64,000 bases of DNA from Octopus vulgaris (Eukaryota), in NCBI GenBank assembly GCA_951406725.2, contig OX597814.1, forward strand, positions 99,882,001-99,946,000, written 5' to 3'. The position numbers were made by a program, and so were the translations under genes. Position 1 is the first letter of the stretch; every line of letters begins with the position of its first letter. The notes under the pieces were generated by a model that was not told the origin of the DNA, ran no database searches, and saw nothing but the letters and a program-made list of their open reading frames with translations. Positions 14,235 through 23,770 of this stretch are shown in pieces.

Positions 14235-15045
14235 AGAAAATCTTATCAATCTGCTGTATCCTAGGTACATCTTTCCGTATTATTTCTCAGCAAACAAATG
14301 ATAACCTCTTGTGCTAATTGTATGACATCAAATTGAATCTTTCGGCCTTTCTTCATAATTACACAGCACATTTCTTTAGCCCAAAGTGCTTTCAATTATC
14401 CATGTTAAATATTCTTACTGATTATATCAGAGAATTCAGGTAGTTTTTACTTTTCGTATACAGCAGGAGATTTATTTTCACTCTGGATCAGGAAGATCTG
14501 AATTTTCTCAGTGTGCTTGTCAGAGGGATTAGTGAAGTGACGAAAATTAATAGAGCGATCAAGTCTACCTGGAATATCCCCTTTGGATTTTCACATTTCC
14601 AACTGATTCATTTCGGTAATTTACTTCCACTTTTCAGGATCAATTTGCTTTTTCTAACTGTTAATCTTTTCATCGACCCAGAGTATTCTCAGATGCTCCT
14701 TGAGTCAACAATGTGGACCAAATCGTTGGCTTTCTTGTAATCTCTCCAACCAGAGAATAGTTCTTCGTTCTTATTTATACCTCACTTAATTTCATCATCT
14801 TAATCAATAACCAACAGATAAGTAGCTCTTCTTGATCTTCTGCATTCCTTTGTTCCTCCAGTAATAGATTTTGTGTCTCCAGGAAGTTATAAAATTCATC
14901 TGTTATGAGATTAGCTAATAATTTCCTGAGTGATGGTAAATAATTAAGGAATGGGCTAATAATTTTTTTACTTACCCATACGTTTTTTATCCCTTTGTAT
15001 CAGTACTGAATTTTATCTTGCCATTCATAGTAATCTTCCAGCATA
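14235..15045 (-). pseudogene. Old decayed R4-clade RT fragment
   Basis: Broken-frame motifs W.DYKKA.D.V, VKIQRGIFQ.D, LIPLTSTLRK, FGLKKCAV..MKKGR and YLGIQQ. Confidence 0.7.
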
Positions 15046-16420
15046 AAATAAAAAGAAAATAAAAATCTTGAGAAAGGGGTAAGGAGAATGTGTGAGAACT
15101 GTTCGTCAAAAAATTTTGTATATATATCCAATGGAACTCTGCTAGCATTTTGTTAGCCTCCCCTCCTCCCAGGGTGGGGCGCTAATAACTTATATATTTG
15201 TCTTCATGTATTTTAACGATTAAAAGTTCAGTAGTGTCATAATATTTCCTGAGAATTTCTACTTTAAATTCGGCAAAGTTATAGGCATTTGTAGTGAAAA
15301 GTTCGGCAAGTTCTGTCAAAGACGTGTTATTGTACTTGACACTATACGTATGCCCATAAAATATTTTGCTTAATTCTTCTGTTGAGCGAACAATATAAAC
15401 TGCATTCAGCTGATGATACCAAATGAGAATCGTTATAGCACACAACTTCTGTATAAATGATAGCATTTGTTTTTAAAATTTCGGATTGAGTTGACCTGTC
15501 GCATGCTGTTGCACGATGAACAGGACTCACCTCTTTTGCAGCTGTTTTTAGGGATACAAATTTCAGAAATATCGGTGGGATTTTTTCATCAAGATCAGAT
15601 GTATTAGTTAATATCTTTTACGTCAGTTTTTTTTTCTTTATAACCAAAGGCAACAATAGCCGGCCAAGGAAGCAGATTTTTAAAGGGAGATTATTTTTTA
15701 GAAATATGTTGATAATTGTAATATAATACTATTGAAATGCAAGTGAATGTTTTAGTAAAATAACCACTTAATAGCCATTTAGCCATTTATGTATCATAAT
15801 TAATGTAAGTGCGACTTTGAAAAGCATATTTACAGCAGAATTTGTCCATAGACGTACCTTGAAAAGAAAACTTATTGCGGTATTTGTCATGGATGTACTT
15901 TGTTTAAAAACAAAATATATATCATACTGACACGAAATCAACAAGGCTACGACTAGTGAAGAAGCCAGATGCATTTCAGCCTCATTGAGCTAAATAAACG
16001 CGTGTACTCCCAGCCAAACACATGCTTATACGAAAGTTGTCGGCACCACTATATAATGCAGACTGATTAAACACACACTGATGTTGTGAATAGATGTCCG
16101 TCTAAAGAAAGAATACGTCATATGCAACTAACGTAGCATTAGATTGGAAATATCTGCTATTGACAGTGCTCAATTATGCAGAAATACATTTAACTTTCTC
16201 ACATGTCCCTGCTGAAGCGATTTTCGTCTCTTTCCAACATGTACTGTTTGTTTAAACACGTTACGTCCTTAAGAGATATAACAGAACAAGTACTGCAATA
16301 AATTGCATTTCAACGATGTATTTACATTGTTGCACGATACATAAATGACATTGTAAATCTAATATTCATGCTTTTGCATATAACAGACTCATATCCATGT
16401 ATATACAAAAGCATATATAA

Positions 16421-16486
<66 letters not shown>

Positions 16487-16532
16487 ATATATATATATAG
16501 ACATATATATATAGCTCTCTCTCTCTCTCTCT

Positions 16533-16583
<51 letters not shown>

Positions 16584-16669
16584 AATATATATATATATAT
16601 ATATAATGAAAGAAGGAAAATGTACTCACTTTAGATAATTTTAATATAATTTTTAGCATAATTTATATG

Positions 16670-16700
16670 GTCGACCGGTTTCGCTTTCGCTAATCATGAC
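16670..16700 (-). ncRNA. Degenerate minimal hammerhead motif
   Basis: GUC-AUGAUUA-GC-GAAA-GC-GAAA-CCG-GUC-GAC: stem I GUC/GAC, GAAA-capped stem II, palindromic ACCGGU. The core has two substitutions. Confidence 0.55.
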
Positions 16701-16845
16701 ATTGAAACTATTGAAGAAGATTTTAGTCCATGTTTAATGAAAGCGAAAGCGGTAGACAAACATGATTTTTGCATTACAACTCACCACATGGAGATAATTG
16801 AAATTTTCCCATTTTGTTACTACTTTATATATGTATATGTGTGTA

Positions 16846-16896
<51 letters not shown>

Positions 16897-17112
16897 TTTT
16901 ATGTGTGTTCTCACTAGCACCGTCTGTCACTATACTTGTTGCGTCTTGGTGTGTGTGTGTGTGTGTGTGTGTAAATGTACCATAATTATCAAATGAGCTA
17001 GTGATTTTGTAACCCCAAGAGGACAATTCCTCTAGCTGGTTAACGATGCACACCTGCATCCTATAGACTACAAGCAGGGGAGCGAACCCCTACCATCTTC
17101 TAGCGACAGGAT

Positions 17113-17159
17113 CAGTAGGCCACCTTGTTTCGGGCTATTTTCTGCCCATCTCAGTACTG
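17113..17159 (-). ncRNA. Degenerate hammerhead within a structured repeat (16995-17185)
   Basis: CAGUA-CUGAGA-U-GGGC-AGAAAAUA-GCCC-GAAAC-AAGGUG-GCC-UACUG; homologous to 50991-51031. Confidence 0.55.
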
Positions 17160-17806
17160 GACACCTCGTCTGCTAGAGATGGCAGTAACTTAACATAATT
17201 ATATAATATACATTATATGAGCGTTGTAAAAATGAAGAAGGGGAAAGGGAGAAAGCGGAAGACTCCTCACATTGCAGTAGGTTTTATAAAACATTTATAA
17301 AGGAACCTACATAACTAGATATTTCCAGGCTGTTTTCCTCTTGAAGATGGGCCCATGAACCTGAACTACTAACGTTTTCTAAAATATAGGTATTGTTAGA
17401 AGTTTTCTATTTTCTCCTTTTAAGTTACATATATATTTTAAAATCTCAGTCTCTACGTGGTTCAGCTTAGTGTTTCTCAGTGCCCGAAGGAGAAATATCG
17501 GGTATGAACCCACCTCAACGTTATTCTCATTTATTCAATTTCTAGCTTTAAGTGGATTTCAAACTAGACAAAGTTAATAAGAAATCACACTATTCATTAA
17601 ATTTTATGTGTGTGTTTGCGCGTGTGTTTGTGTGTGCGTGCGTGCGCGCGCTTGCGAGTGTGTGTGTGTATGTGTGTATGGGGTGAAATACAGGGTGAGA
17701 CAGAAATATAGCAATGAATATCTACACACAAAACATATATATATATATATTTATATATCTATATTTAAGTTCACAATTATAAGCTTATGAGTTTATGAGC
17801 AAACAT

Positions 17807-17878
<72 letters not shown>

Positions 17879-17886
17879 ATATATAT

Positions 17887-18722
17887 ATATATAACGGGAA
17901 GCTTTATGAAAATAAACAAAAGACGAAGGCAGGTGGAAAACAAACGAACAATTGTATTAGTATGGCGCTCAGGAAATATAAATAAAACAAGTCTTTAACG
18001 TTTCGAGCCTACGCTCTTCAACAGAAAGATACACAGAGAGAGAAAAAACACAGAAAGAAGGAGAGAAAAAAAATGCGTGCAGTAGCTAACGAATCAACAT
18101 GGCGATCTGATTTCGGCCAGAGGTCAAAGATCAAACATGAGACGCGAGAGCGAAATAAGGGGAGATAATAGGGTTGAGGGACCAGCTAATAGTGCGTAGG
18201 AGGGGTCTGGATGTGTGTATGTATAGGGTTGGTGTATGTATTAGTATGTATAAGGGTGTGTGTGTGTGTGTATGAGAGAGTATTAGTGCGTAGGATTGGT
18301 CTGGACGTGCGTATGTATGGGGTTGGTGTATGTATTAGTATGTATTAGTATGTATTAGTACGTATTAGTATGTATAAGTGTGTGTGTGTGTGTATGAGAG
18401 AGTATAAGTGCGTATGCGGGGTCTGGACGTGTGTATGTATAGGGTTGGTGTATGTATTAGTATGTACTAGTATGTATTAGTACGTATTAGTATGTATTAG
18501 TTGGTGTATGTATTAGTATGGCACATCATATGTGATGTGATGTGTAAAGTCATGTGGTGTAGTGAGGAGAAGAGGGGGAGGGGGAGAAGAGGGGGGAGAA
18601 GGGGAAGAAGAGGGGGAGGAGAGGGGGAAGAGGAGAGGATGGGGGATGAAGGAGGAAAGAGGGAGAGGGGGAGAGAGAAGGGGAGAGAGGGAGTGAGGGA
18701 GCAGAGGGAAGGGGAAGAGGGA
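17887..18722 (-). repeat. 3' pseudo-LTR of the PLE
   Basis: Near-identical to 22333-23180. Contains the hammerhead motif, GTATTAGTAT-type internal repeats and a purine-rich tract. Confidence 0.93.
17992..18029 (-). ncRNA. Minimal type I hammerhead ribozyme variant in 3' pLTR
   Basis: Minus strand reads UCUUU-CUGUUGA-A-GAGC-GUAG-GCUC-GAAA-C-GUU-AAAGA: stem I UCUUU/AAAGA, 4-bp stem II, palindromic AACGUU stem III. Confidence 0.75.
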
Positions 18723-18935
18723 GGGAGAAAGAGGGAAGAAGGGAAGGGGAGTAGGGGTAAAAGGATGAAGGACTGAAGAAGTAGGGGTCGGGGGGAAAAG
18801 GGTAGGTGAGGAGTGGGGAGAGGGGGGTTAGATGAGGAGGGGGAGAGTTGAGACCAAATGGCATATAAGAGCGAAGAGAGAAGATTAATTCCTGTTCACG
18901 GCGCAAACGGGAATCCGGATGGCCTCTGTGTAAGG
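18550..18935 (-). pseudogene. C-terminal end of the GIY-YIG domain after a 1-nt frameshift
   Basis: SLHRGHPDSRLRREQELIFSLRSYMPFGLN supplies the conserved Glu and GLN motif of GIY-YIG. It lies in a different frame from the main ORF, shifting near the T-run at ~18935. Confidence 0.8.
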
Positions 18936-21125
18936 AAAACCGAACACAGATAGGTGTTGCAAGGAGTGACCGGTGGAGCGGAAATGGCGTGAGACCGGTG
19001 TGTCGTTCGCAAGGTGGATGTCACGAAGGTGTTCCGCGAACCGGTCAGCCAAGCGGCGTCCCGTTTGTCCGATGTACAAGGAATTGCAGAGAGAGCAAGA
19101 GATGCAATAGATAATATTGCTGGAGGTGCAGGTGAAGGAGTGGATGATGGGATAGGGTCGATGGTGGGTGCTAGTGAGGCGGGTGGTGTTGGAGAGGTAA
19201 GGGCAAGTGCGGCAACGTGGGCGGGAGCAGGGGAACGAGCCGGGTTGGGAGGTAGGGTCAGGGAAGGAGCTATGGACCAAAAGGTCTCGAAGGTTGTGGG
19301 CTCGTTTGAAAGAGGGGAGGGGTCGGTTAGGGAAGAGGTGTGAAGTGGACGGGTCGGACTGGAGATGACGGAAAGCTCGAAGAATGGTGCGTTGGAGACG
19401 TAGGCTCGTGGGGTGGTAAGTGAGGGGAAAATGGAGGCGGGAGACTACAGGGCGGGTTCGGGGAGAGAGAGCAGATACACGGTCCACGGACCGTGCTCTG
19501 GCAAGGGCGGTGTGGATAGTGGTGAGGGTGTATCCACGTAGGGTGAAGTGGTGAGCCATACGTTGAGACTGAGTCTCAAAGTCATGGTCGTCACTACAGA
19601 GCCTACGTAGACGGAGGAATTGGGAATAGGGGATGGAAAGCTTGGTGTGTTCTGGGTGGGAGGAAGAGAAGTTGAGGTATGAGTGTGAGTCTGTGTGTTT
19701 GTAGTGAATGGAGGTGGTAAGAGTGGAGTGAAGAATGCTAACCGAAATGTCGAGGAAGGAGACAGAGGTGTTGGAGATAGTGGAAGTGAAGTGGAGGGCT
19801 GGATGGAAAGATTGGACGAAAGAGAGGAAGGAATCTAGATGTTCGCGGGAGAGTGAGGTGGCACCGATAATGTCGTCAATGTAACGACCATATAGTTCAG
19901 GAGTGGGACCAGTGAAATTAGAGAATATTTGGGCCTCAACATAGCCAACGAACAGGTTCGCATAGTTGGGGCCCATTCGCGTTCCCATGGCCACTCTCGA
20001 GACCTGATGGTAGAACTCGCCTGCGAACGAGAAGCAGTTCAGAGTAAGGACAAGTTCGGCCAGACGAATGAGTGTGGAGGTGTCAGGTACAGGGTTAGAG
20101 CGGAGGTCAAGAAAGTGTCCAAGGGCCTGCAGTCCTTCGTGGTGAGGGATAACAGTATAGAGGCTTTGGATGTCCATAGTAAAAAGGATTTTGGAGGAGC
20201 CGGGAGGAAAGGAGAAAGAGTTGAAAAGCCGGAGAGCATGGTTGGTATCGTGGATGTGGGAGGGAAGAGATGCCACTAGGGGGGCAAGGACACGGTCGAG
20301 GTATTTAGAGATGAGCTCCGTGGGGCAGTTACAGGCGGAGACGATGGGGCGGCCAGGGTTGTTGGGTTTGTGGATTTTGGGGAGGAAGTAAATGGTGGGG
20401 GTACGTGGGGTTCGCACAATTAGGTTGGATGCGGTGCGGGGGAGACGGGAGGACGAGATGAGGTCTTGGACAGTAGAGGATACCGTCTGTTGGTAGCTAC
20501 GTGTGGGGTTAGAGGGCAGAGGGGAATAGAAGGAGGTGTCATTGAGTTGGCGGAAAGCCTCGGCCCTATAGAGGTCCGCGCGCCACACCACTACATCTCC
20601 ACCCCAGTCAGCCGGTTTGATGATAATGTCAGCGCGCCGTTGGAGGGAACGAAGAGCCAAGAGCTCAGCCGGGGAGATGTTGAGGCGGCGTTGGCGCCTG
20701 GAGAAGTTGAACCGTTCCAATGCACGCTGACAAGCGCCCGCGAAAAGATCCACTGCTAGGATCTGGCCAGGGGCAGGCGTCCACGGGGATGGTCGGCGGC
20801 CCAGGCCAGTGAAGCAGTCCTCTTCGTTGGGTGTGGGTGGCGAGTCGTGGTAATGCGCACCCAACCGGACACGGCGCACAAAGCTGTGGACATCAACTCG
20901 CGTCTGGAATTCCTTACAGGATGGAGTGAGGGGGATGAAACGGAGACCCCTACCAAGGACGGAGCATTCAGCCGCAGAGAGGGGAAGATAGGGGGGAATG
21001 GTAACAACAGACGGAAGTGGGGAAGGGGTGGGTGGAATAGAAGTAGGAGGGGTGGTAGGTCTCGTGGAGGTCTGAGGGGGAGGGATTGGGGAGGTGTGTG
21101 GGGGTGGTTGGGCGGGGCAGTAGGG
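18885..21125 (-). CDS. PLE reverse transcriptase + GIY-YIG endonuclease (main frame, frameshifted at both ends)
   Basis: Motifs include LSAAECSVLGRGLRFIP (read upstream of the listed ORF start, same frame, open back to a TAA at 21126-21128), KPADWGG, YFLPKIHK..PGRPIVS, TMDIQSLYT, AMGTRMGPNYANLF, YGRYIDD, SFLDI, the Cys linker CSRPRCRTC and NIIYCISCSLCNSLYIGQT..RFAEH. Confidence 0.93.
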   Translation of the reverse strand, partial: PYCPAQPPPHTSPIPPPQTSTRPTTPPTSIPPTPSPLPSVVTIPPYLPLSAAECSVLGRGLRFIPLTPSCKEFQTRVDVHSFVRRVRLGAHYHDSPPTPNEEDCFTGLGRRPSPWTPAPGQILAVDLFAGACQRALERFNFSRRQRRLNISPAELLALRSLQRRADIIIKPADWGGDVVVWRADLYRAEAFRQLNDTSFYSPLPSNPTRSYQQTVSSTVQDLISSSRLPRTASNLIVRTPRTPTIYFLPKIHKPNNPGRPIVSACNCPTELISKYLDRVLAPLVASLPSHIHDTNHALRLFNSFSFPPGSSKILFTMDIQSLYTVIPHHEGLQALGHFLDLRSNPVPDTSTLIRLAELVLTLNCFSFAGEFYHQVSRVAMGTRMGPNYANLFVGYVEAQIFSNFTGPTPELYGRYIDDIIGATSLSREHLDSFLSFVQSFHPALHFTSTISNTSVSFLDISVSILHSTLTTSIHYKHTDSHSYLNFSSSHPEHTKLSIPYSQFLRLRRLCSDDHDFETQSQRMAHHFTLRGYTLTTIHTALARARSVDRVSALSPRTRPVVSRLHFPLTYHPTSLRLQRTILRAFRHLQSDPSTSHLFPNRPLPSFKRAHNLRDLLVHSSFPDPTSQPGSFPCSRPRCRTCPYLSNTTRLTSTHHRPYPIIHSFTCTSSNIIYCISCSLCNSLYIGQTGRRLADRFAEHLRDIHLANDTPVSRHFRSTGHSLQHLSVFGFPYTEAIRIPVCAVNRN

Positions 21126-21730
21126 TTAGGTGTAGGTGGATGGAGCCTAACGGGAGGGGAGAAGGGGTTGTAGGGAGGGGCAGTGGGGTTAGGTGTGGGT
21201 GGATGGAGCCTATCGGGAGGGGAGAAGGGTGGTGGAGGAGTTGGGGTAGTGGCCTCGGGTAGGGTGGAATGGAAGACTGATTGGAGTTTACGAAGTTTGG
21301 TATCAGAAAGAAATTGATGGAAGAGTTGATTCAAATGGATAATGAAGCGTAGCGTGTTTGGAGCATAAAGAGGCGGCAGAGAGGAGAAGAAGGTGGAGAA
21401 AGCAGGAGGAAGAAGGCGGTTGATGGCATGTAGTTTGGAGAGATTGGAGCGAATGGTGGCCCGCATAAGGCGGTAAAATGTGGTGCGGAGTATGGGTAAG
21501 ATGGAAGAATCCGAGTGGAGAGCAGGGTGGAAGTGGAGGCGGAAACCTTTAGGGATGAGTCGGTGATGTAGGCAGCGGCTTAGGAAAGAGACATGGCTAG
21601 AGAAGCGGGTTTTTTTAAAAAGAAGTAGAGAGAGATTAACGGACGGCTGAAGGCAATATACAGGAAGAGAACGGAGATGATCCTTCAAACGGTGATGGAG
21701 GGTGAGGAGGTAGGACCTAGGATCCGGCAT
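20756..21730 (-). CDS. N-terminal part of the PLE polyprotein (first ATG 21730), out of frame with RT after a Pro-rich linker
   Basis: HVSFLSRCLHHRLIPKGFRL resembles the N-terminal region of PLE ORFs. It is followed by a Pro-rich linker. The last ~80 codons overlap the RT frame, which lies at -1. Confidence 0.75.
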   Translation of the reverse strand: MPDPRSYLLTLHHRLKDHLRSLPVYCLQPSVNLSLLLFKKTRFSSHVSFLSRCLHHRLIPKGFRLHFHPALHSDSSILPILRTTFYRLMRATIRSNLSKLHAINRLLPPAFSTFFSSLPPLYAPNTLRFIIHLNQLFHQFLSDTKLRKLQSVFHSTLPEATTPTPPPPFSPPDRLHPPTPNPTAPPYNPFSPPVRLHPPTPNPTAPPNHPHTPPQSLPLRPPRDLPPLLLLFHPPLPHFRLLLPFPPIFPSLRLNAPSLVGVSVSSPSLHPVRNSRRELMSTALCAVSGWVRITTTRHPHPTKRTASLAWAADHPRGRLPLARS

Positions 21731-22332
21731 GATGGGATAGCGGAAAAAAAACGTTCGAAAAAACAAAAAAAAACAAAAAACAAAAATTATCGTATGAAAA
21801 AAATAGAAAAAAAGGATAGCAAAAAAAGGGGAAAAAACAAACGTTCAAAAAAACAAAAAAATAATAATCCTATGAAAAAACTAGATAAGTAAGCGATAGG
21901 GGCAGAAAAGACGGGGCAAACGGAAAAGGGAAAGAAAGAAGGGAAGCAGAGAGAGGGGGAGGCAAAAAGGGGGGGTGCAGGCAGAGGAAACGGAGTATGG
22001 ACATCCAGAGAGGGAAGAAAGACGGAAAGGAGAACAAAAATTCAGAAAAATGTTGAAAGCATGAAATGAACGTAAAAAAAGTGGTAATATAAGAGAAAAT
22101 AAAAATACAACAAACGGGACAGTTTATGCGAACAAGTTCAAGGTGAGAAATGTGTAGACGTCGTGGTATATTTTTTAAGGATTTCACATCAATGCAAAGT
22201 CACTTTGATCCGCGAAAGAGAGGTGCAGCCAATGGTAAGTATCCAAGAGGTAAAGAAAATCCAAGGTAGAGGTAAGTGTTGATAATGGTATTGGTAGAAT
22301 ATAGGATGAAAGGGAGACCACGTGAGCGCATA

Positions 22333-23180
22333 ATATATAACGGGAAGCTTTATGAAAATAAACAAAAGACGAAGGCAGGTGGAAAACAAACGAACAATTG
22401 TATTAGTATGGCGCTCAGGAAATATAAATAAAACAAGTCTTTAACGTTTCGAGCCTACGCTCTTCAACAGAAAGATACGCAGAGAGAAAAAAACACAGAA
22501 AGAAGGAGAGAAAAAAAATGCGTGCAGTAGCTAACGAATCAACATGGCGATCTGATTTCGGCCAGAGGTCAAAGATCAAACATGAGACGCGAGAGCGAAA
22601 TAAGGGGAGATAATAGGGTTGAGGGACCAGCTAATAGTGCGTAGGAGGGGTCTGGATGTGTGTATGTATAGGGTTGGTGTATGTATTAGTATGTATAAGG
22701 GTGTGTGTGTGTGTGTGTGTGTATGAGAGAGTATTAGTGCGTAGGATTGGTCTGGACGTGCGTATGTATGGGGTTGGTGTATGTATTAGTATGTATTAGT
22801 ATGTATTAGTACGTATTAGTATGTATAAGTGTGTGTGTGTGTGTATGAGAGAGTATAAGTGCGTATGCGGGGTCTGGACGTGTGTATGTATAGGGTTGGT
22901 GTATGTATTAGTATGTACTAGTATGTATTAGTACGTATTAGTATGTATTAGTTGGTGTATGTATTAGTATGGCACATCATATGTGATGTGATGTGTAAAG
23001 TCATGTGGTGTAGTGAGGAGAAGAGGGGAGGGGGAAGGGAGAGAGGGGGAGAAGGGGAGGGGAAGAAGAGGGGGAGGAGAGGGGGAAGAGGAGAGGATGG
23101 GGGATGAAGGAGGAAAGAGGGAGAGGGGGAGAGAGAAGGGGAGAGAGGGAGTGAGGGAGCAGAGGGAAGGGGAAGAGGGA
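22333..23180 (-). repeat. 5' pseudo-LTR (5'-truncated tandem copy) of the PLE
   Basis: Direct repeat of 17887-18722, differing mainly in homopolymer/microsatellite lengths and a few substitutions. Confidence 0.93.
22438..22475 (-). ncRNA. Minimal type I hammerhead ribozyme variant in 5' pLTR
   Basis: Identical motif to 17992-18029. Confidence 0.75.
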
Positions 23181-23683
23181 TACATACATATATATATGTG
23201 GGGAGAGGAGAGAGAGAGAGTGAGAGAGAGAAACGGTCCGACTAACAGATACAGATGTGTACACTCAATAGGGAACACAATACACTCTCGCACACATATG
23301 TATATGTATATATATAAATAAGTGTGCCCGTGTGTGTGTGTGTGTGTTTAAAGACAATAGTGCCATCGAAATGACGACGACTGAGGAAATAAATCTAACG
23401 ATAATAGGTGGGGGAGCCACACATGGAACGGCAACCAAAGTGATGACAAGTTGTCATTGTTAATTATAATAGTTGTTATCTTATTTACATGTACGCTAAC
23501 AGAAATTGAAATAATGTTAATGAACAGAGAATGTATTAAGTTGCATATTACATGAATTAGCTGAGTTTACATATACTAAGGTTTACAAAACTGAAAGAAT
23601 TCTTTTTCTTTATATATATATATATTTATATATATATATATAATAATAATTATTATTATTATTACTATTATTATTATTATTAC

Positions 23684-23732
<49 letters not shown>

Positions 23733-23770
23733 GTTGTTGTTGTTGTTGTTGTTGTTGTTTTTGTTATTAA

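Larger units (their letters stand above)
17887..23180 (-). mobile_element. Penelope-like retroelement (Neptune-type), near full length, with pseudo-LTRs
   Basis: RT + GIY-YIG coding region at 18550-21730 is flanked by near-identical direct repeats at 17887-18722 and 22333-23180. The 3' end abuts a (TA)n tract. The body is clearly more GC-rich than the flanks, with a C/T-rich sense strand. Confidence 0.95.

Noticed and set aside
17338-17375. TTGAAGATGGG..CCTGAA hammerhead-like string
   Set aside because: Too many core mismatches and no stem I or stem III.
18310-18520. CRISPR-like or telomeric array (GTATTAGTAT repeats)
   Set aside because: No unique spacers or cas genes, eukaryotic context, and not (TTAGGG)n; it is an internal pLTR minisatellite.
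19014-21173. Plus-strand ORFs overlapping the PLE
   Set aside because: Antisense shadows of a GC-rich coding strand with no recognisable domains.
21767-22332. Possible intron or upstream ORF (ATG at 22331) in the PLE 5' region
   Set aside because: Some PLEs retain introns, but I could not identify a donor/acceptor pair that joins in frame to the main ORF.
17887-23180. LTR retrotransposon interpretation of the long direct repeats
   Set aside because: No TG..CA termini, PBS, gag, protease or integrase; the RT and GIY-YIG are PLE-type.
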